Assembly (NCBI GenBank): GCA_963695555.1
Contig: CAVOGR010000001.1
Location: 384,001 to 448,000 of the forward strand
Direction: 5' to 3'
DNA from: an uncultured Gemmatimonadales bacterium
GTDB lineage: Bacteria > Gemmatimonadota > Gemmatimonadetes > Gemmatimonadales > GWC2-71-9
DNA: 64,000 nt
Below the pieces are notes generated by a model. That model ran no database searches. It had not been told where the DNA came from and saw only the letters and a program-made list of their open reading frames with translations. This document shows positions 52,751-63,955 of the stretch, one piece after another. The position numbers and the translations under genes were made by a program. How positions within the stretch are numbered: the stretch's first letter is position 1; each line of letters opens with the position of its first letter.

Positions 52751-54121
52751 ATGGATGCAACATTCGTCGAGCGTGAGCGGGATCGCATGCTCAAAGAACT
52801 GTCCGAATTCCTCGCCATTCCGAGCATCAGCACGTTGCCGTCCCACGCGGCCGACTGCCGCCGCGCGGCAAGCTGGGCTGCGACCGAGCTCAGGACCTTG
52901 GGATGTCCCGTGGTTGAGATCATCGAGAACAAGGGCAACCCCATTGTGTGGGCGGAGAGCCCGAAAGTGCCGGGGAAGCCGACGATCCTGATTTACGGTC
53001 ACTACGACGTGCAGCCGCCCGATCCATTGAACGAGTGGCACTCACCCCCGTTCGAACCGACGGTGCGCGATGGCAAGCTGTACGCCCGGGGCGCAGTCGA
53101 CGACAAGGGACAGGTGTACTGTCTGTTCAAGGCGTACGAGGCCGCGCGCGACGTCAACCGAAATCCTCCGCTGAACGTCCATTGGATCCTCGAGGGAGAA
53201 GAAGAGTGCGGCGGTGAGGCCATCGAGCATCTGCTCAAGGCCCAGCCCGAGCGTACCGCAGTCGATGCCGTGCTGGTCTGCGACGCAGGGTACTACGCGC
53301 CGGGCATCCCCGCCGTCTATACGGCGCTTCGAGGGATGTGTTACGCCGAGATCTCAGTTCGGACCGCGCTCAGCGATCTCCACTCCGGTCTCTACGGCGG
53401 TGCCGTGCCGAACGCGCTCGAGACCTTGGTCCGCCTGTTATCCCAGCTCAAGGACGACTCAGGGAAGATCAACGTTCCCCGGCTCTACAAATCGGTGATT
53501 CCGCCGACCAAAGCCGAGCTCAAAGCCTGGAAGAGCCTGCCCTTCAAGAAGAAACATTTCATGGAGAAAGAGACCACCACGAAAACCCTCACCGGGCTCA
53601 AGGAATATTCGGTGTTCGAGCGGCTCTGGGCGCTGCCGACCTTCGACATTCACGGCATCATGGGGGGATTCACCGGCGAGGGCGCCAAGACCGTCATTCC
53701 AGCCCAGGCTACCGCCAAGGTCAGCCTCCGCCTGGTACCCGGACTCGAATACGGGAAGGTCTTAAAGCAGCTGGACACGGCCGTCCAGCGCCTGGCTCCG
53801 TCGTGGGCGGAGGTGAGTGTGCGCGCGATCCACGGGGCCGATCCGGTGCAGATCGACGTCTCAGCGCCCGCCTTCGCGGTGTTGGATCAAGCTTTCGAAG
53901 AAGTGGTTGGCCGGAAGTCGGTCGCGGTACGCTCAGGCGGCTCGATTCCGGTGGTGTCTCAACTGGGCGCCCGGGGAGCGCCGGTGCTGCTCACGGGGGT
54001 CGGCCTGCCGGACGACGGCCTCCACGCACCAAACGAGAAGATCGACCTGGATCAGGTGTGGGACGGTATCAACGTGTTCGGCCGCTTCTTCGAGCTCCTG
54101 GCGGAACGCGGAGCGGCCTAA
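52751..54121 (+). CDS. M20 family dipeptidase
   Basis: [22 protein letters not shown] and HAPNE motifs. Confidence 0.92.
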   Translation: MDATFVERERDRMLKELSEFLAIPSISTLPSHAADCRRAASWAATELRTLGCPVVEIIENKGNPIVWAESPKVPGKPTILIYGHYDVQPPDPLNEWHSPPFEPTVRDGKLYARGAVDDKGQVYCLFKAYEAARDVNRNPPLNVHWILEGEEECGGEAIEHLLKAQPERTAVDAVLVCDAGYYAPGIPAVYTALRGMCYAEISVRTALSDLHSGLYGGAVPNALETLVRLLSQLKDDSGKINVPRLYKSVIPPTKAELKAWKSLPFKKKHFMEKETTTKTLTGLKEYSVFERLWALPTFDIHGIMGGFTGEGAKTVIPAQATAKVSLRLVPGLEYGKVLKQLDTAVQRLAPSWAEVSVRAIHGADPVQIDVSAPAFAVLDQAFEEVVGRKSVAVRSGGSIPVVSQLGARGAPVLLTGVGLPDDGLHAPNEKIDLDQVWDGINVFGRFFELLAERGAA

Positions 54122-54675
54122 GGCGAGTAGCTCTCTTCCTCCCGATCGCCCTCGCCTCCCGCCTCGGGCGGGGGCCCGTAGCGCGCCGCGAGATCGTCCA
54201 CCCCAATCACGGCGCGCACCGAGGCAATGATGCCCGCTACCACGTCGTCGGCCCAGTAGGCGTCGGGCCGTTCCGCCGCCGGCAATGCCGCGGCGCAGCT
54301 CTCCAGATACTGGATGGAGGTCGTGACCCACTCGCTCTGGGCCGTTGGGACGGTGGCCCAGGACCCAGTTGAGCGCAGTTCCAGTTCGGCAAGCGCTTCG
54401 AGGTGTTCTTCGATGCCGCCAATCACTGGCCGGCTCCTGAGCTGCCCCGCGACCGACTCCAACATCGTTCTGCGCTCCGCCTGCTGGGGCTCCGGCAACG
54501 GAACGAGGTAATGCCGCTGGTCCGCCACCATCTCGGCGAGCCGGACACATACCGCGCGGATCGCCGGCGTGAGCGAGGCCGGCGCCTCTCTGGCCCAACT
54601 CGACGCGGCCTGCAGAATCTGCGTGACCGTCCCCTCGGCCGAGTTCATGGTGCCGGATTCCGAAGTCTCGCGCAT
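54118..54675 (-). CDS. Hypothetical all-alpha protein
   Basis: Host-like codon usage; lies downstream of lipB. Start uncertain (54675 or 54648). Confidence 0.6.
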   Translation of the reverse strand: MRETSESGTMNSAEGTVTQILQAASSWAREAPASLTPAIRAVCVRLAEMVADQRHYLVPLPEPQQAERRTMLESVAGQLRSRPVIGGIEEHLEALAELELRSTGSWATVPTAQSEWVTTSIQYLESCAAALPAAERPDAYWADDVVAGIIASVRAVIGVDDLAARYGPPPEAGGEGDREEESYSP

Positions 54676-54715
54676 GACACGGAGGATGAGGGGATCTGGC
54701 CCGAAAGGCAACGGT

Positions 54716-55456
54716 TCATCCCACCCCCGTGTGGTTGGCCGGTGACGGCTCCTGGAAACGCCCTTCGATCCCACCCAGCTCTGCCGCATCGGCCTCCAGC
54801 GGCGACAGCCCGAACGCCCGTGCCATCGAGCCGGCCACGACCGATTCGGTCTCCTGCCACAGTGTGGTCGGACTGTCGCTCCACGCCAGTTCGTGTGCCA
54901 GTGACGTCATCACGACATCCTTGATGCCGCAGGGGACGATCAGGTCGAAGGCGTCGAGCCTCGTGGTCACGTTCAGTGCGAAGCCATGGAAGGTGACCCA
55001 CTGCTTCACGTGGACGCCGATGCTCGCGATCTTGCGGCCCTCGACCCACACTCCGGTCAACCCTTCCACTCGGTCTCCGGCAACGCCAAGGATCTCCAAG
55101 GCGTCGATCAACCCAGCTTCCAAGGTGCGCAGATACCAATGGAGATCGGGCCGGTGTGCCTGGAGATCGAGGATCGGGTAACCCACCAGTTGACCTGGGC
55201 CGTGATAGGTCACATCGCCGCCGCGCTCGACTTCGTGGACGGCGATACCCCGCGCCGCGAGATCAGACGGCGCTGTGGGGAGGCTGTCCGGTTTGGTCCC
55301 GCGTCCGAGCGTCACCACCGGCTGGTGCTCCACCAGGAGCAACAGGTCCTGCCGGAGATGACCCGCGAGGCGGGCTCGACACAGCGCTCGTTGAAGGTGC
55401 AGAACCTGGGCGAAGTCCCGGCGGCCGAGGCGGTAGATCGCGAGCGGCTCAGCCAT
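54716..55456 (-). CDS. lipB: Octanoyltransferase
   Basis: RGGDVTYHGPGQLVGYP, KIASIG, HGFALNV and IVPCGI motifs. Confidence 0.95.
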   Translation of the reverse strand: MAEPLAIYRLGRRDFAQVLHLQRALCRARLAGHLRQDLLLLVEHQPVVTLGRGTKPDSLPTAPSDLAARGIAVHEVERGGDVTYHGPGQLVGYPILDLQAHRPDLHWYLRTLEAGLIDALEILGVAGDRVEGLTGVWVEGRKIASIGVHVKQWVTFHGFALNVTTRLDAFDLIVPCGIKDVVMTSLAHELAWSDSPTTLWQETESVVAGSMARAFGLSPLEADAAELGGIEGRFQEPSPANHTGVG

Positions 55457-55907
55457 GGCGCCGTCCCCATCGGGCGACCTGTCGTCCGAAGACGGCGCAT
55501 CCGACACCAGAGAGGACGACCAGTCCGACCAGACCCGGCGGTCCGAGCAGCCGGTGGGCGGGAATCGCGAGCAACATGGCAACGAGTGTCGCGAACGCGC
55601 TGACCATGGCAAGAGTACCACGCCGGTAGGCCGAGCCGATTGGCTGGAGGAGGCTCCAGGTCACACCCGCCGCAGCGGCGGCCCCGAGGAACGTGCCTCC
55701 GACCAGGACCGTGAAGGCCGGTCCGCTCGTATCGGGCACGTCGCTGGGGGGCTTCCCGGCCTGCAGCGTCACCACGACCCAGAGCGACGCGCCGATGATG
55801 GCGATACCCAGCAGAATGGCGAGTCCGAGGGTGGACGCGACCAATCCGACGAGGCCTCGGCCCCTGGGCTCACCCACGGGACCGGCCGGATTCGGGTCAG
55901 TTGGCAT
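55449..55907 (-). CDS. Hypothetical four-TM membrane protein
   Basis: Four hydrophobic segments; overlaps the lipB start. Confidence 0.65.
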   Translation of the reverse strand: MPTDPNPAGPVGEPRGRGLVGLVASTLGLAILLGIAIIGASLWVVVTLQAGKPPSDVPDTSGPAFTVLVGGTFLGAAAAAGVTWSLLQPIGSAYRRGTLAMVSAFATLVAMLLAIPAHRLLGPPGLVGLVVLSGVGCAVFGRQVARWGRRHG

Positions 55908-55932
55908 GGGGGGGAAGATAGCGGGGGCGCAA

Positions 55933-55970
55933 ATGCCCCGGCCCTCCCAGTGACGGGAGGGCCGGGGCAT
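55933..55970 (-). terminator. Perfect 16-bp hairpin after lpdA
   Basis: ATGCCCCGGCCCTCCC-agtgac-GGGAGGGCCGGGGCAT. Confidence 0.7.
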
Positions 55971-55998
55971 GGGTACGGGGTAATCTCTGCCCGTCGCG

Positions 55999-57396
55999 CT
56001 ACATGTGCATGACCCGTCCCATGGAATCGAGGGCCGCTTCGGCGATCGCCTCGGACAGGGTGGGGTGGGCGTGGATGGCGAGGTCCACCTCCTCCACCGT
56101 GTACTCGTTTTCCCGGGCGACGACGAGTTCGTGAATCATCTCGGAGGCATCGCTCCCGACGATGTGTGCCCCGAGTATCTCACCATACTTGGCGCCCCGG
56201 ATGATCTTCACGAATCCCTCCGTGTGCCCCGACGTGCGGGCGCGGCCGTTTGCGCTGAAGGGAAAGCGGCCGACCTGATACGCGAGGCCTTGCTCCTTGC
56301 AGGCATCTTCCGTCAGGCCGATGCTCGCCACCTCGGGATGGCAATACGTGACGCTCGGCACGTTGTCGTAGGTGATGGGCGACGGTGCGTGGCCGGCGAT
56401 GCGCTCCGCTGCATTGACTCCTTCGCGGCTCCCCTTGTGCGCCAACATCGGCGGGCCCGCGACATCCCCGATGGCATATACACCAGGGGCTGTAGTCTCG
56501 AGGGTGTCCCGTGACACCTTGATGAAGCCCTGCTTGGTCAGCTCGACCCCGGCTTCCTTCAAGCCGAGGTCTTCGGTGTTGACCGCCCGCCCGGCAGCCA
56601 TCAGGACCTTTTCCACTTCGATTTCCTGCTGTGTGCCGCCGGCATCGAACGTGAGCGTGACGCTTGTCTTGTGGACGGCCGCCGACCTGACCGACGCGCC
56701 GGCATGCACCGCGATCTTTCGCTTCTTGAAGCTCTTGGTCAGCGCGTCCGAGCAGTCGCCGTCCTCGAGCGGCAGGATGCGCGGCAAGGCCTCGATGAGC
56801 GTGACCGCGGTGCCGAACGCGTTGAAGATGTCGGCAAACTCACATCCGACCGCCCCCGCCCCGACGATGGCCATTGAGGCCGGCGCCTGTTCGAGGAACA
56901 GCGCCTCATCCGAACTGATGATGGTCTTGCCATTGAGGTCGAGGCCGATCTGCGGCAGACCCTTGACCCGAGACCCGGTGGCGAGGACTACCGCTTTGCT
57001 AGCGACGATTTCTTCAGCGCCCACTCGGACCCGCTTTCCGGGCAGGAGGAAGCCGGTGCCGGGGATCACCGTCACCTTGTGCTTCTTCATGAGGAATTCG
57101 ACGCCCTTGGAATTCTGCGTGGACACCTGGCGCGAGCGCTTCATGGCGACACCGAAATCGGTCGTGACGGAGCCGGTGTCGATTCCGAGCGCCTTGGCAT
57201 CGTGCGTGATGGTATTCGCCATCAGCGCGCTGTACAGCAGCGCCTTGGTGGGAATGCATCCGATGTTGACACAAACACCGCCCAGCTTGTCCTTCTCCAC
57301 CACCGCGGTCGAGAGCCCGAGCTGCGACGCTCGAATGGCGCAGACATAACCGGCGGGTCCGCCGCCGAGCACGATCACATCGAACTGTTTGGCCAC
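55999..57396 (-). CDS. lpdA: Dihydrolipoamide dehydrogenase
   Basis: GGGPAG, GGVCVNIGCIPTK and HAHPTLSE motifs. Confidence 0.96.
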   Translation of the reverse strand: MAKQFDVIVLGGGPAGYVCAIRASQLGLSTAVVEKDKLGGVCVNIGCIPTKALLYSALMANTITHDAKALGIDTGSVTTDFGVAMKRSRQVSTQNSKGVEFLMKKHKVTVIPGTGFLLPGKRVRVGAEEIVASKAVVLATGSRVKGLPQIGLDLNGKTIISSDEALFLEQAPASMAIVGAGAVGCEFADIFNAFGTAVTLIEALPRILPLEDGDCSDALTKSFKKRKIAVHAGASVRSAAVHKTSVTLTFDAGGTQQEIEVEKVLMAAGRAVNTEDLGLKEAGVELTKQGFIKVSRDTLETTAPGVYAIGDVAGPPMLAHKGSREGVNAAERIAGHAPSPITYDNVPSVTYCHPEVASIGLTEDACKEQGLAYQVGRFPFSANGRARTSGHTEGFVKIIRGAKYGEILGAHIVGSDASEMIHELVVARENEYTVEEVDLAIHAHPTLSEAIAEAALDSMGRVMHM

Positions 57397-57520
57397 GGGT
57401 ATCCCTCGCGTAGAATACGGTACTCATCCTACCCCAACACACCTGCCGCTCCCAACCCTGTCCGCTGCTGAAGCCGCGACTCGGCATCTGTCGCTGAAGC
57501 GACTCGACACCCCCTCACGC

Positions 57521-57544
57521 ACTACTCCCTACTCCCTACTCCCT
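57521..57544. repeat. CTACTCC heptamer x3
   Basis: actactccctactccctactccct, the same unit as at 3600-3684. Confidence 0.65.
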
Positions 57545-57545
57545 C

Positions 57546-58793
57546 TCACCACACCATCGCCAGCGGATTCTCCAGCAGCACGGTCAGGGTCTGGAGAAAT
57601 TGAGCTCCGGTTGCGCCATCGATCACGCGATGATCGCACGACATCGTCACGCGCATGCGCCGGCCGACCGCCACCTGGCCCGCCACGACCACCGGCTTCT
57701 CGATGATACTTCCCACGGCCAGAATCCCGCCTTCGGGCGGGTTGATCACCGCCGTGAACTGGTCGATGTCGAACATGCCGAGGTTCGAAACGGAGAATGT
57801 GGCGCCGGTATACTCCTCGGGGGTGAGCTTCCTGGCGCGGGCACGATCGGCTAAGTCTCGCGTTTCGCTCGAGATCTCGCGCAGCGACTTGTGATCCGCA
57901 TGGCGGATGACCGGCGTGATCAGCCCATCTTCCACAGCGACCGCCACCCCGACATGGACTTCGTGCCACAGCCGGATATGGTCGCCTTGCCACCACGCGT
58001 TGCACGACGGATGCTGACGCAGGGCCAAGGCGGTGGCCTTGAGGATGATGTCGTTGAACGAAACCTTGCCCTCGGGGCCAAGCGCTTTGAGCGCCTCCCG
58101 AGCCTCCCAGGCCCGGTCCATCTCGACTTCCGTCGTGAGGTAGAACGTCGGGATGGGACCGATCGATTGTGCCAACCGGGTGGCGATGGCCTTCCGGATC
58201 ATGGTGAGCGGCACATCGGTGAACCCGGCGCTGGGATACGCGGCCTTTGCGCCTGGTGTCGCCGCCGGCTGGCGGTCCAGATCTCGCTTGACGATTCGCC
58301 CCTCGGGGCCTGAGCCCCGTATGGCAGCGAGGTCGAGCCCTCGTTCGGTCGCGATGCGGCGCGCCAGTGGCGAGGCCTTGATCCGCTGGCCGGGCGCCGC
58401 CATCGGTGGGCTGACAGGCGCGCGGGTCTCGGGAGCGGGAGAAACCTCGGCCTGCGGCATCGGCGCAGGAGGAGGAGCGGCAGGGGCGACGGCTTCGGGT
58501 TGCTTCGGCGGTGGCTTGGGCCCGGCGCCGTCCACGAGTGCCGCGATATCCTCGCCCGGCTCGCCGATGATGCCCACCAGGTCGGCGACCGGCACGGTGG
58601 TGCCGGCCGCGATCACCTGTTTCAACAGCACGCCGTCGGCGCGCGCGACCAATTCCATCACGGCCTTGTCCGTTTCGACCTCCGCGAGGACGTCCCCCGT
58701 GGTGACCGACTCGCCTTCCCGCTTCTTCCATTCGACGAGGCGTCCCTCTTCCATCGTGGGCGAGAGCGCCTCCATGACGATTTTGGTAGCCAT
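57546..58793 (-). CDS. pdhC: Pyruvate dehydrogenase E2
   Basis: LSPTMEEG, ETDKA lipoyl site and DHRVIDGA motif. Confidence 0.94.
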   Translation of the reverse strand: MATKIVMEALSPTMEEGRLVEWKKREGESVTTGDVLAEVETDKAVMELVARADGVLLKQVIAAGTTVPVADLVGIIGEPGEDIAALVDGAGPKPPPKQPEAVAPAAPPPAPMPQAEVSPAPETRAPVSPPMAAPGQRIKASPLARRIATERGLDLAAIRGSGPEGRIVKRDLDRQPAATPGAKAAYPSAGFTDVPLTMIRKAIATRLAQSIGPIPTFYLTTEVEMDRAWEAREALKALGPEGKVSFNDIILKATALALRQHPSCNAWWQGDHIRLWHEVHVGVAVAVEDGLITPVIRHADHKSLREISSETRDLADRARARKLTPEEYTGATFSVSNLGMFDIDQFTAVINPPEGGILAVGSIIEKPVVVAGQVAVGRRMRVTMSCDHRVIDGATGAQFLQTLTVLLENPLAMVW

Positions 58794-58795
58794 GG

Positions 58796-59776
58796 CTATT
58801 CGCGGTAGAGGACGGTCTTGACCGCCGCGACGACCTGTGCCGGGTCGGCCTTCGCTGCCCGCTCGAGGGCCTTGTTGTATGGCATGGGGACGTCGGCTCC
58901 CGTGACGCGCAAGAGCGGGGCGTCGAGGTGATCGAAGGCCTCGCGCTGGATGGTGTCCACCACCTGGGCGCCCACGCCGGCGAAGGGCCATCCCTCTTCG
59001 ACCACCACGCAGCGGTTGGTTTTGACGACCGACCGCAGCACGGTTTCGGTATCCATCGGCCGGATGGTGCGAAGATCGACGACTTCCGCCGAGATGTTCT
59101 CCTCGGCCAGCTGCTCGGCAGCCTTGAGAGCCACGCCAACCGTCTTCGAGTGGCAGACCAGGGTCACGTCGTCTCCGGCGCGCTTGATATCCGCCACGCC
59201 GATCGGGATGGTGTAGTCTCCATCCGGGACGTCGCCTTTCAGGTTGTAGAGCATCTCCCCTTCGATGAACACGACGGGATCGTCGTCCCGGATGGCGCTC
59301 TTCAACAAGCCTTTGGCGTCGGCCGGCGTTGCTGGCATGACGACCTTGAGCCCGGGAATGTGGGCATACCAGGATTCGAATGCCTGGGAATGCTGAGCGG
59401 CGAGCTGGAGTGCGGCACCGCCCGGGCCCCGAAACACGATCGGCACCCCCACTTGGCCACCGGACATGTACCGCATCTTGGCGGCGCTGTTCACGATCTG
59501 GTCGATGGCGAGCAAGGCGAAATTGAACGTCATCATCTCGATGACCGGCCGGAGCCCGACCATGGCGGCTCCAACTCCGACGCCGGCGAAGCCGAGTTCG
59601 GCGATCGGTGTGTCCACCACACGCATGGACCCGAATTCTTTGAGCAGCCCGCGGGATACCTTGTACGCGCCGTCGTACTCCGCCACTTCTTCTCCCATGA
59701 GGAAGACGCGATCATCGCGCTGCATCTCCTCGCGGAGTGCTTGGTTGAGGGCGTCGCGGTAGGTCAACGTCTGCAT
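58796..59776 (-). CDS. pdhB: Pyruvate dehydrogenase E1 beta
   Basis: [19 protein letters not shown] and AAQHSQ motifs. Confidence 0.94.
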   Translation of the reverse strand: MQTLTYRDALNQALREEMQRDDRVFLMGEEVAEYDGAYKVSRGLLKEFGSMRVVDTPIAELGFAGVGVGAAMVGLRPVIEMMTFNFALLAIDQIVNSAAKMRYMSGGQVGVPIVFRGPGGAALQLAAQHSQAFESWYAHIPGLKVVMPATPADAKGLLKSAIRDDDPVVFIEGEMLYNLKGDVPDGDYTIPIGVADIKRAGDDVTLVCHSKTVGVALKAAEQLAEENISAEVVDLRTIRPMDTETVLRSVVKTNRCVVVEEGWPFAGVGAQVVDTIQREAFDHLDAPLLRVTGADVPMPYNKALERAAKADPAQVVAAVKTVLYRE

Positions 59777-60795
59777 CACGCGGGCTCGGCGTAGACGTCG
59801 GTGTACAGGGCGCTCGGGTCGGGGTCGGGTGCCGAATCGGCAAAGGCGATCGCATCGTCGATTTCCGCCACCACCTCGGCATCCAGCGCCGTGAACTCCT
59901 CGTCGGTGATGAAGCCTTCCGTCGTCATGTATGCGTGCAGCACGCCGATCGGATCGCGTTGGCGGTATTCTTCGACCTCTTCCTTGGTGCGATAGGTCCC
60001 GTGCGCGGCATCCGACATGGAATGCCCCACGTACCGGTAGGTCCGCGCTTCGAGCAGGCTTGGCCCCACGCCGCGACGCGCTCGCTCGACCGCCCGGTCC
60101 ATGGCATCCTTCACGGCACGCATATCCTGCCCATCGACCACTTCGGTTTCCATCGCGTAGGAGTACGCACGGTGCGAGATATCCATAATGGCGCTGGCAC
60201 GCGCCAGGGCCGTGCCCATGCCGTATCCGTTGTTCTCGACCACGAACACGGCCGGGAGTTTCCAGAGCGATGCCATGTTCAGCGATTCGTGGAACGAGCC
60301 GATGTTGACCGCTGCCTCGCCGAAGAGGCACACGCTCACCTGGTCGGTCTTGCGGTACTTGCATGCGAAGGCGATGCCCGCCGCGATGGGAATGTGGCCG
60401 CCGACGATGCCGTGCCCACCGAGGAGCCGGCGCTCGGCATCGAAGAGATGCATCGACCCACCCTTGCCGCCTGACCCTCCTGCCGCCTTGCCGAACAACT
60501 CGGCCATCACTGCACGCGGCGTCATCCCGCGCGCCAGGGCATGCCCGTGGTCGCGGTAGGAAACGGTGATGTAGTCGTCATCGCGCAGCGCGGCCATGCA
60601 GCCCACGGCGACCGCCTCTTGGCCGATATAGAGATGAAGGAACCCGCCGATCTTTCCGAGCGTATAGGCTTCGCCCGCCTTCTCCTCGAAATGTCGGATC
60701 ACCAACATTTGCCGGAGCCAGGACCGGCACTCCTCCGCCGTGACACGGGCTCCTGCCTTTGGCTTCTCTTGCTTGCGCGCCGTCGTCCGTGCCAT
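59776..60795 (-). CDS. pdhA: Pyruvate dehydrogenase E1 alpha
   Basis: [24 protein letters not shown] ThDP motif and GHSMSD. Confidence 0.94.
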   Translation of the reverse strand: MARTTARKQEKPKAGARVTAEECRSWLRQMLVIRHFEEKAGEAYTLGKIGGFLHLYIGQEAVAVGCMAALRDDDYITVSYRDHGHALARGMTPRAVMAELFGKAAGGSGGKGGSMHLFDAERRLLGGHGIVGGHIPIAAGIAFACKYRKTDQVSVCLFGEAAVNIGSFHESLNMASLWKLPAVFVVENNGYGMGTALARASAIMDISHRAYSYAMETEVVDGQDMRAVKDAMDRAVERARRGVGPSLLEARTYRYVGHSMSDAAHGTYRTKEEVEEYRQRDPIGVLHAYMTTEGFITDEEFTALDAEVVAEIDDAIAFADSAPDPDPSALYTDVYAEPA

Positions 60796-61716
60796 TCAGC
60801 CGACCTTCGCCTTGGCCTTGTCGACCTGTTCCCACGCGTGATAGGACGAGCGGGTCAGGGGGCTTGCCTCGACATGCCGGAAGCCGATGCTATGCCCGAT
60901 GTCTCGCAGCTCGGCGAATTCGTCCGGCGTGTAGTATCGGGCGATCGGCAAGTGCCCATCGGACGGCCTGAGATACTGCCCGAGAGTGAGGATGTTGACA
61001 TCACTCCGCCGGAGATCGTGCATGCAGGTCACGACCTCGTCCCATTCCTCGCCCATGCCCAGGATGATGCCCGACTTGGTCAGCGCGTCGGGCCCTCCCA
61101 TGCGACGCGCCGATTCGAGCAGGGTGAGGGCGCGCCGGTAATTGCCGCCCGGGCGGGCAAGGCGGTAGAGGCGCTCGGCGGTCTCGAGATTGTGGTTGAG
61201 AATATCCGGTGCTGCATCCATGACGATCTGGAGCGCACGCTCGGATCCTTTGAAATCGGGAATGAGAACCTCGACCGAGGCCTCCGGCAGCCGTGCCCGA
61301 ATCTCACGCACGCATGCGGCAAAGGCCTCGGCGCCGCCGTTGGGCAGATCGTCACGATCGACCGATGTGATGACGACGTGCTGTAACCCCATTGCGGCCA
61401 CGGCCTCCGCCAGCCGAGCGGGCTCGGCCGCGTCGAACGGCGCCGGTGTTCCGTGCGCTACCGCGCAGTACGCGCAATTCCGGGTGCAGACGTCGCCCAG
61501 AATCATGAACGTCGCCGCCTTGTGCTCCCAGCATTCCCCGATGTTGGGACAGCGCGCTTCCTCGCAGACCGTATGTAACTGGTGCTCGCGCATGAGCGCC
61601 TTGATGTCGGCGTAGTTGCGGCCGCCGGGCGCTTTCACCTTGAGCCAGCCCGGCTTGCGTGGCGGGCTGCTCGAGGGTTGCGGTACGCGGGTCAGGTGAA
61701 CCAGCGGAAGCGCCAC
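60796..61716 (-). CDS. lipA: Lipoyl synthase
   Basis: CEEARCPNIGEC, CTRNCAYC and RSSYHA motifs. Confidence 0.97.
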   Translation of the reverse strand: MALPLVHLTRVPQPSSSPPRKPGWLKVKAPGGRNYADIKALMREHQLHTVCEEARCPNIGECWEHKAATFMILGDVCTRNCAYCAVAHGTPAPFDAAEPARLAEAVAAMGLQHVVITSVDRDDLPNGGAEAFAACVREIRARLPEASVEVLIPDFKGSERALQIVMDAAPDILNHNLETAERLYRLARPGGNYRRALTLLESARRMGGPDALTKSGIILGMGEEWDEVVTCMHDLRRSDVNILTLGQYLRPSDGHLPIARYYTPDEFAELRDIGHSIGFRHVEASPLTRSSYHAWEQVDKAKAKVG

Positions 61717-61792
61717 TGCAGTGAACCTCCGGGGTGGCGGGTGAGGGCAATCCGGTCGGGCAAGATAGCCGTCCCGTCAGAGGGGCGGAAGG

Positions 61793-62977
61793 TTATGGCT
61801 CGGCCAGGAGCCGCTCGACCGTCGCGTGAAATTCCTGCACCAAGCGGGTGTGCTGCGCCCCGGTCGCCGGGCCGTAGAACCCGGCGTGCACCTGGCGTAC
61901 CTTCCCGTCACGACCCAGGAAGATTGCGGTCGGGAACGCGGTGAATCCGCGCAACTGCGGCAGCGATTCGGCGGCGAGCTCGGTATCGTTGATGCCGGCG
62001 AGCAGGATCGGGAACGTGATGCCGAACTTGTCGCGATAGCGTTCGACCAGCGCCCCGTCGATTGCGGGGTCTCCGGTTACCTCATACGCCAATCCCACGA
62101 TCTCGAGCCCGCGATCGTGGTAGGTATCGTAGAGCTCCTGCAGCAGCGGGGCGGCGTCGTGACAGGTCGGGCACCAGGTGCCCAAGACATCGACCAGCAC
62201 GACCTTGTGCCGGAACCGCTCATCGGTGTTCGACACGATTCGACCGGAGATGTCGGGGAACGAAAACGTGAACGGTGCCGTGGTGTCGGCCGCCGTCACC
62301 TCGGTCGGCGGTGTCAGGTGCGGTGTGCTTCCGGATCGGATCGCCGTCCACGGCGTCTGAGTACGGAGCCCGGCGTGAAAGATCCCCCGAAGGGTATCGC
62401 CGGTGACACGGCCGGTGAGCATGTACACGAACGACCCGTCGAAGTGCGACATTGCGAAGCTGTCCGCATCGACCATTCCCCAAAAGAGCCCGTAGTCGCC
62501 CGAGTTCGAGATGATCGTTCCCTCGAGACCGGTGGCTGCATCACGGAACTCGAATACCCGCGGACTCTCGCGGCCGTCAGCCCGGTAGGTTGCGTCCCAC
62601 CGGCCGACCAGCTCCGCCGGCGGCTGTGTCACCGGCCACGTGCCGGGTGACGCGCGAAACGGGATCGTCCGCGGGCCCCGGCTGCCCACGTTGTGGTAGG
62701 CGCCGATGAGCGAGTCTCCGCGGCGAACGGCCGTGATGGCGGCGGCGTAGTCGGCGATTTCGAATCGCACCGTGTCGCCCCGTACCAGAACGCCCGAGAG
62801 CAGGTTGCAGTTCGATCCGTTGCACAGCTCGCCTTCGTAGCCAGCGTCTGCCCGCTCGATCCGGAGCGAAAAGCGGAGCGGCCCGCCCGCCAGATCCAAG
62901 GCCGCCCGCCAGGAGCCTTCCCAGGCCGGCCCCGCGGATGTCCAGAGGGCAATGACGGACAAGAGCGCCTGGATCAT
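61793..62977 (-). CDS. TlpA-family disulfide reductase with N-terminal beta domains
   Basis: Signal peptide; GTWCPTC and AFPT motifs. ATGA overlap. Confidence 0.85.
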   Translation of the reverse strand: MIQALLSVIALWTSAGPAWEGSWRAALDLAGGPLRFSLRIERADAGYEGELCNGSNCNLLSGVLVRGDTVRFEIADYAAAITAVRRGDSLIGAYHNVGSRGPRTIPFRASPGTWPVTQPPAELVGRWDATYRADGRESPRVFEFRDAATGLEGTIISNSGDYGLFWGMVDADSFAMSHFDGSFVYMLTGRVTGDTLRGIFHAGLRTQTPWTAIRSGSTPHLTPPTEVTAADTTAPFTFSFPDISGRIVSNTDERFRHKVVLVDVLGTWCPTCHDAAPLLQELYDTYHDRGLEIVGLAYEVTGDPAIDGALVERYRDKFGITFPILLAGINDTELAAESLPQLRGFTAFPTAIFLGRDGKVRQVHAGFYGPATGAQHTRLVQEFHATVERLLAEP

Positions 62978-63861
62978 GGGGCGTTTGGTGGTGACAGCTG
63001 GAGTCCGCCTCCGGAGTAACGCTCGCCCGCGGTTACGGCAGCCGGTATGGCGTTTCCCGACCACGGGATGGGGCACGGGTAGACCGAGCTGTACGCGCAG
63101 AAAGGATTCCGAGCCCGATTGAAGTCCAGGATGTAGCGGCCGTCGTTCGTGGGCTGCAGCGAGATGAAGCGACCTGCGGGATACGTGCCCTGGTCGTTGG
63201 TCTCGTCTCGGAAGTAAATCTCCAACTCGGATTCCTCGGTTCCCGGGTCGGGCACCCGTCGAACCGTGAGATCGGTGCCACCAGGCCCAAGTGGCACCCG
63301 GAAGGTGCCGGCCTCCGCGGCCTCCACTTCCACCCCGTCCACGGCCAGCACGCGAACTGCCCGCGCCTTCGCCGGCGGCGCGAGGGTGCCAGTGAACACC
63401 AGGCTCGAATCGTATGGGTAATAGGAAAGCGGCTTGGGCTTGGTCGTCGAATCGTAGACGGTCACGACCGTGCGGCCTCGGGCGCCGCTCAACACCATCC
63501 GGTAGGCGCCAAGCGCCACGAGGCGGTTCCGTGGCAGGGAACGGCGTCCGGCCGGTCCTCGGAGTCTCACCACCCGTCCGTCTTCCAGCGTGTGCGCCTC
63601 GAGCCCAGGCAGAGGTACGTCGCTCTCGGCGGGTCCGAGCACCACCTGCCGGTCGAGCCGGAACTGCGCCAGGGCCGCCATGGGCGAGTTGGGAGCGGTC
63701 TCCACCCACGCCTGGTAGGCAGCCCGTTCCCGTTCCACCGTCACGCGAGCCTGCGCCCCGACATTGTCTCCGCCGGCAAGCCACGCCGACAGACAAAGGG
63801 CAGCGGTAAGCGTCAGCCTGCCGACGTCCCCCCGACCGGCCGGCATCGTATCTATGGTCAT
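62974..63861 (-). CDS. DUF1684 family protein
   Basis: FRDETN...TYPAGRF and LDFNRARNPFCAYS....CP.P..N motifs. Confidence 0.85.
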   Translation of the reverse strand: MTIDTMPAGRGDVGRLTLTAALCLSAWLAGGDNVGAQARVTVERERAAYQAWVETAPNSPMAALAQFRLDRQVVLGPAESDVPLPGLEAHTLEDGRVVRLRGPAGRRSLPRNRLVALGAYRMVLSGARGRTVVTVYDSTTKPKPLSYYPYDSSLVFTGTLAPPAKARAVRVLAVDGVEVEAAEAGTFRVPLGPGGTDLTVRRVPDPGTEESELEIYFRDETNDQGTYPAGRFISLQPTNDGRYILDFNRARNPFCAYSSVYPCPIPWSGNAIPAAVTAGERYSGGGLQLSPPNAP

Positions 63862-63955
63862 AGGTTGTTTATTATCAATCATTTACAGATAAACGAAACT
63901 TTTTGAAACGTTGAGCCGTACTGCGGATCGACGGCATACCTCGGAGGAAGATACC

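Noticed and set aside
61793..63796. 667-aa TlpA with long N-terminal extension
   Set aside because: The extension overlaps DUF1684 in another frame. The real start is the ATGA-coupled ATG at 62977.
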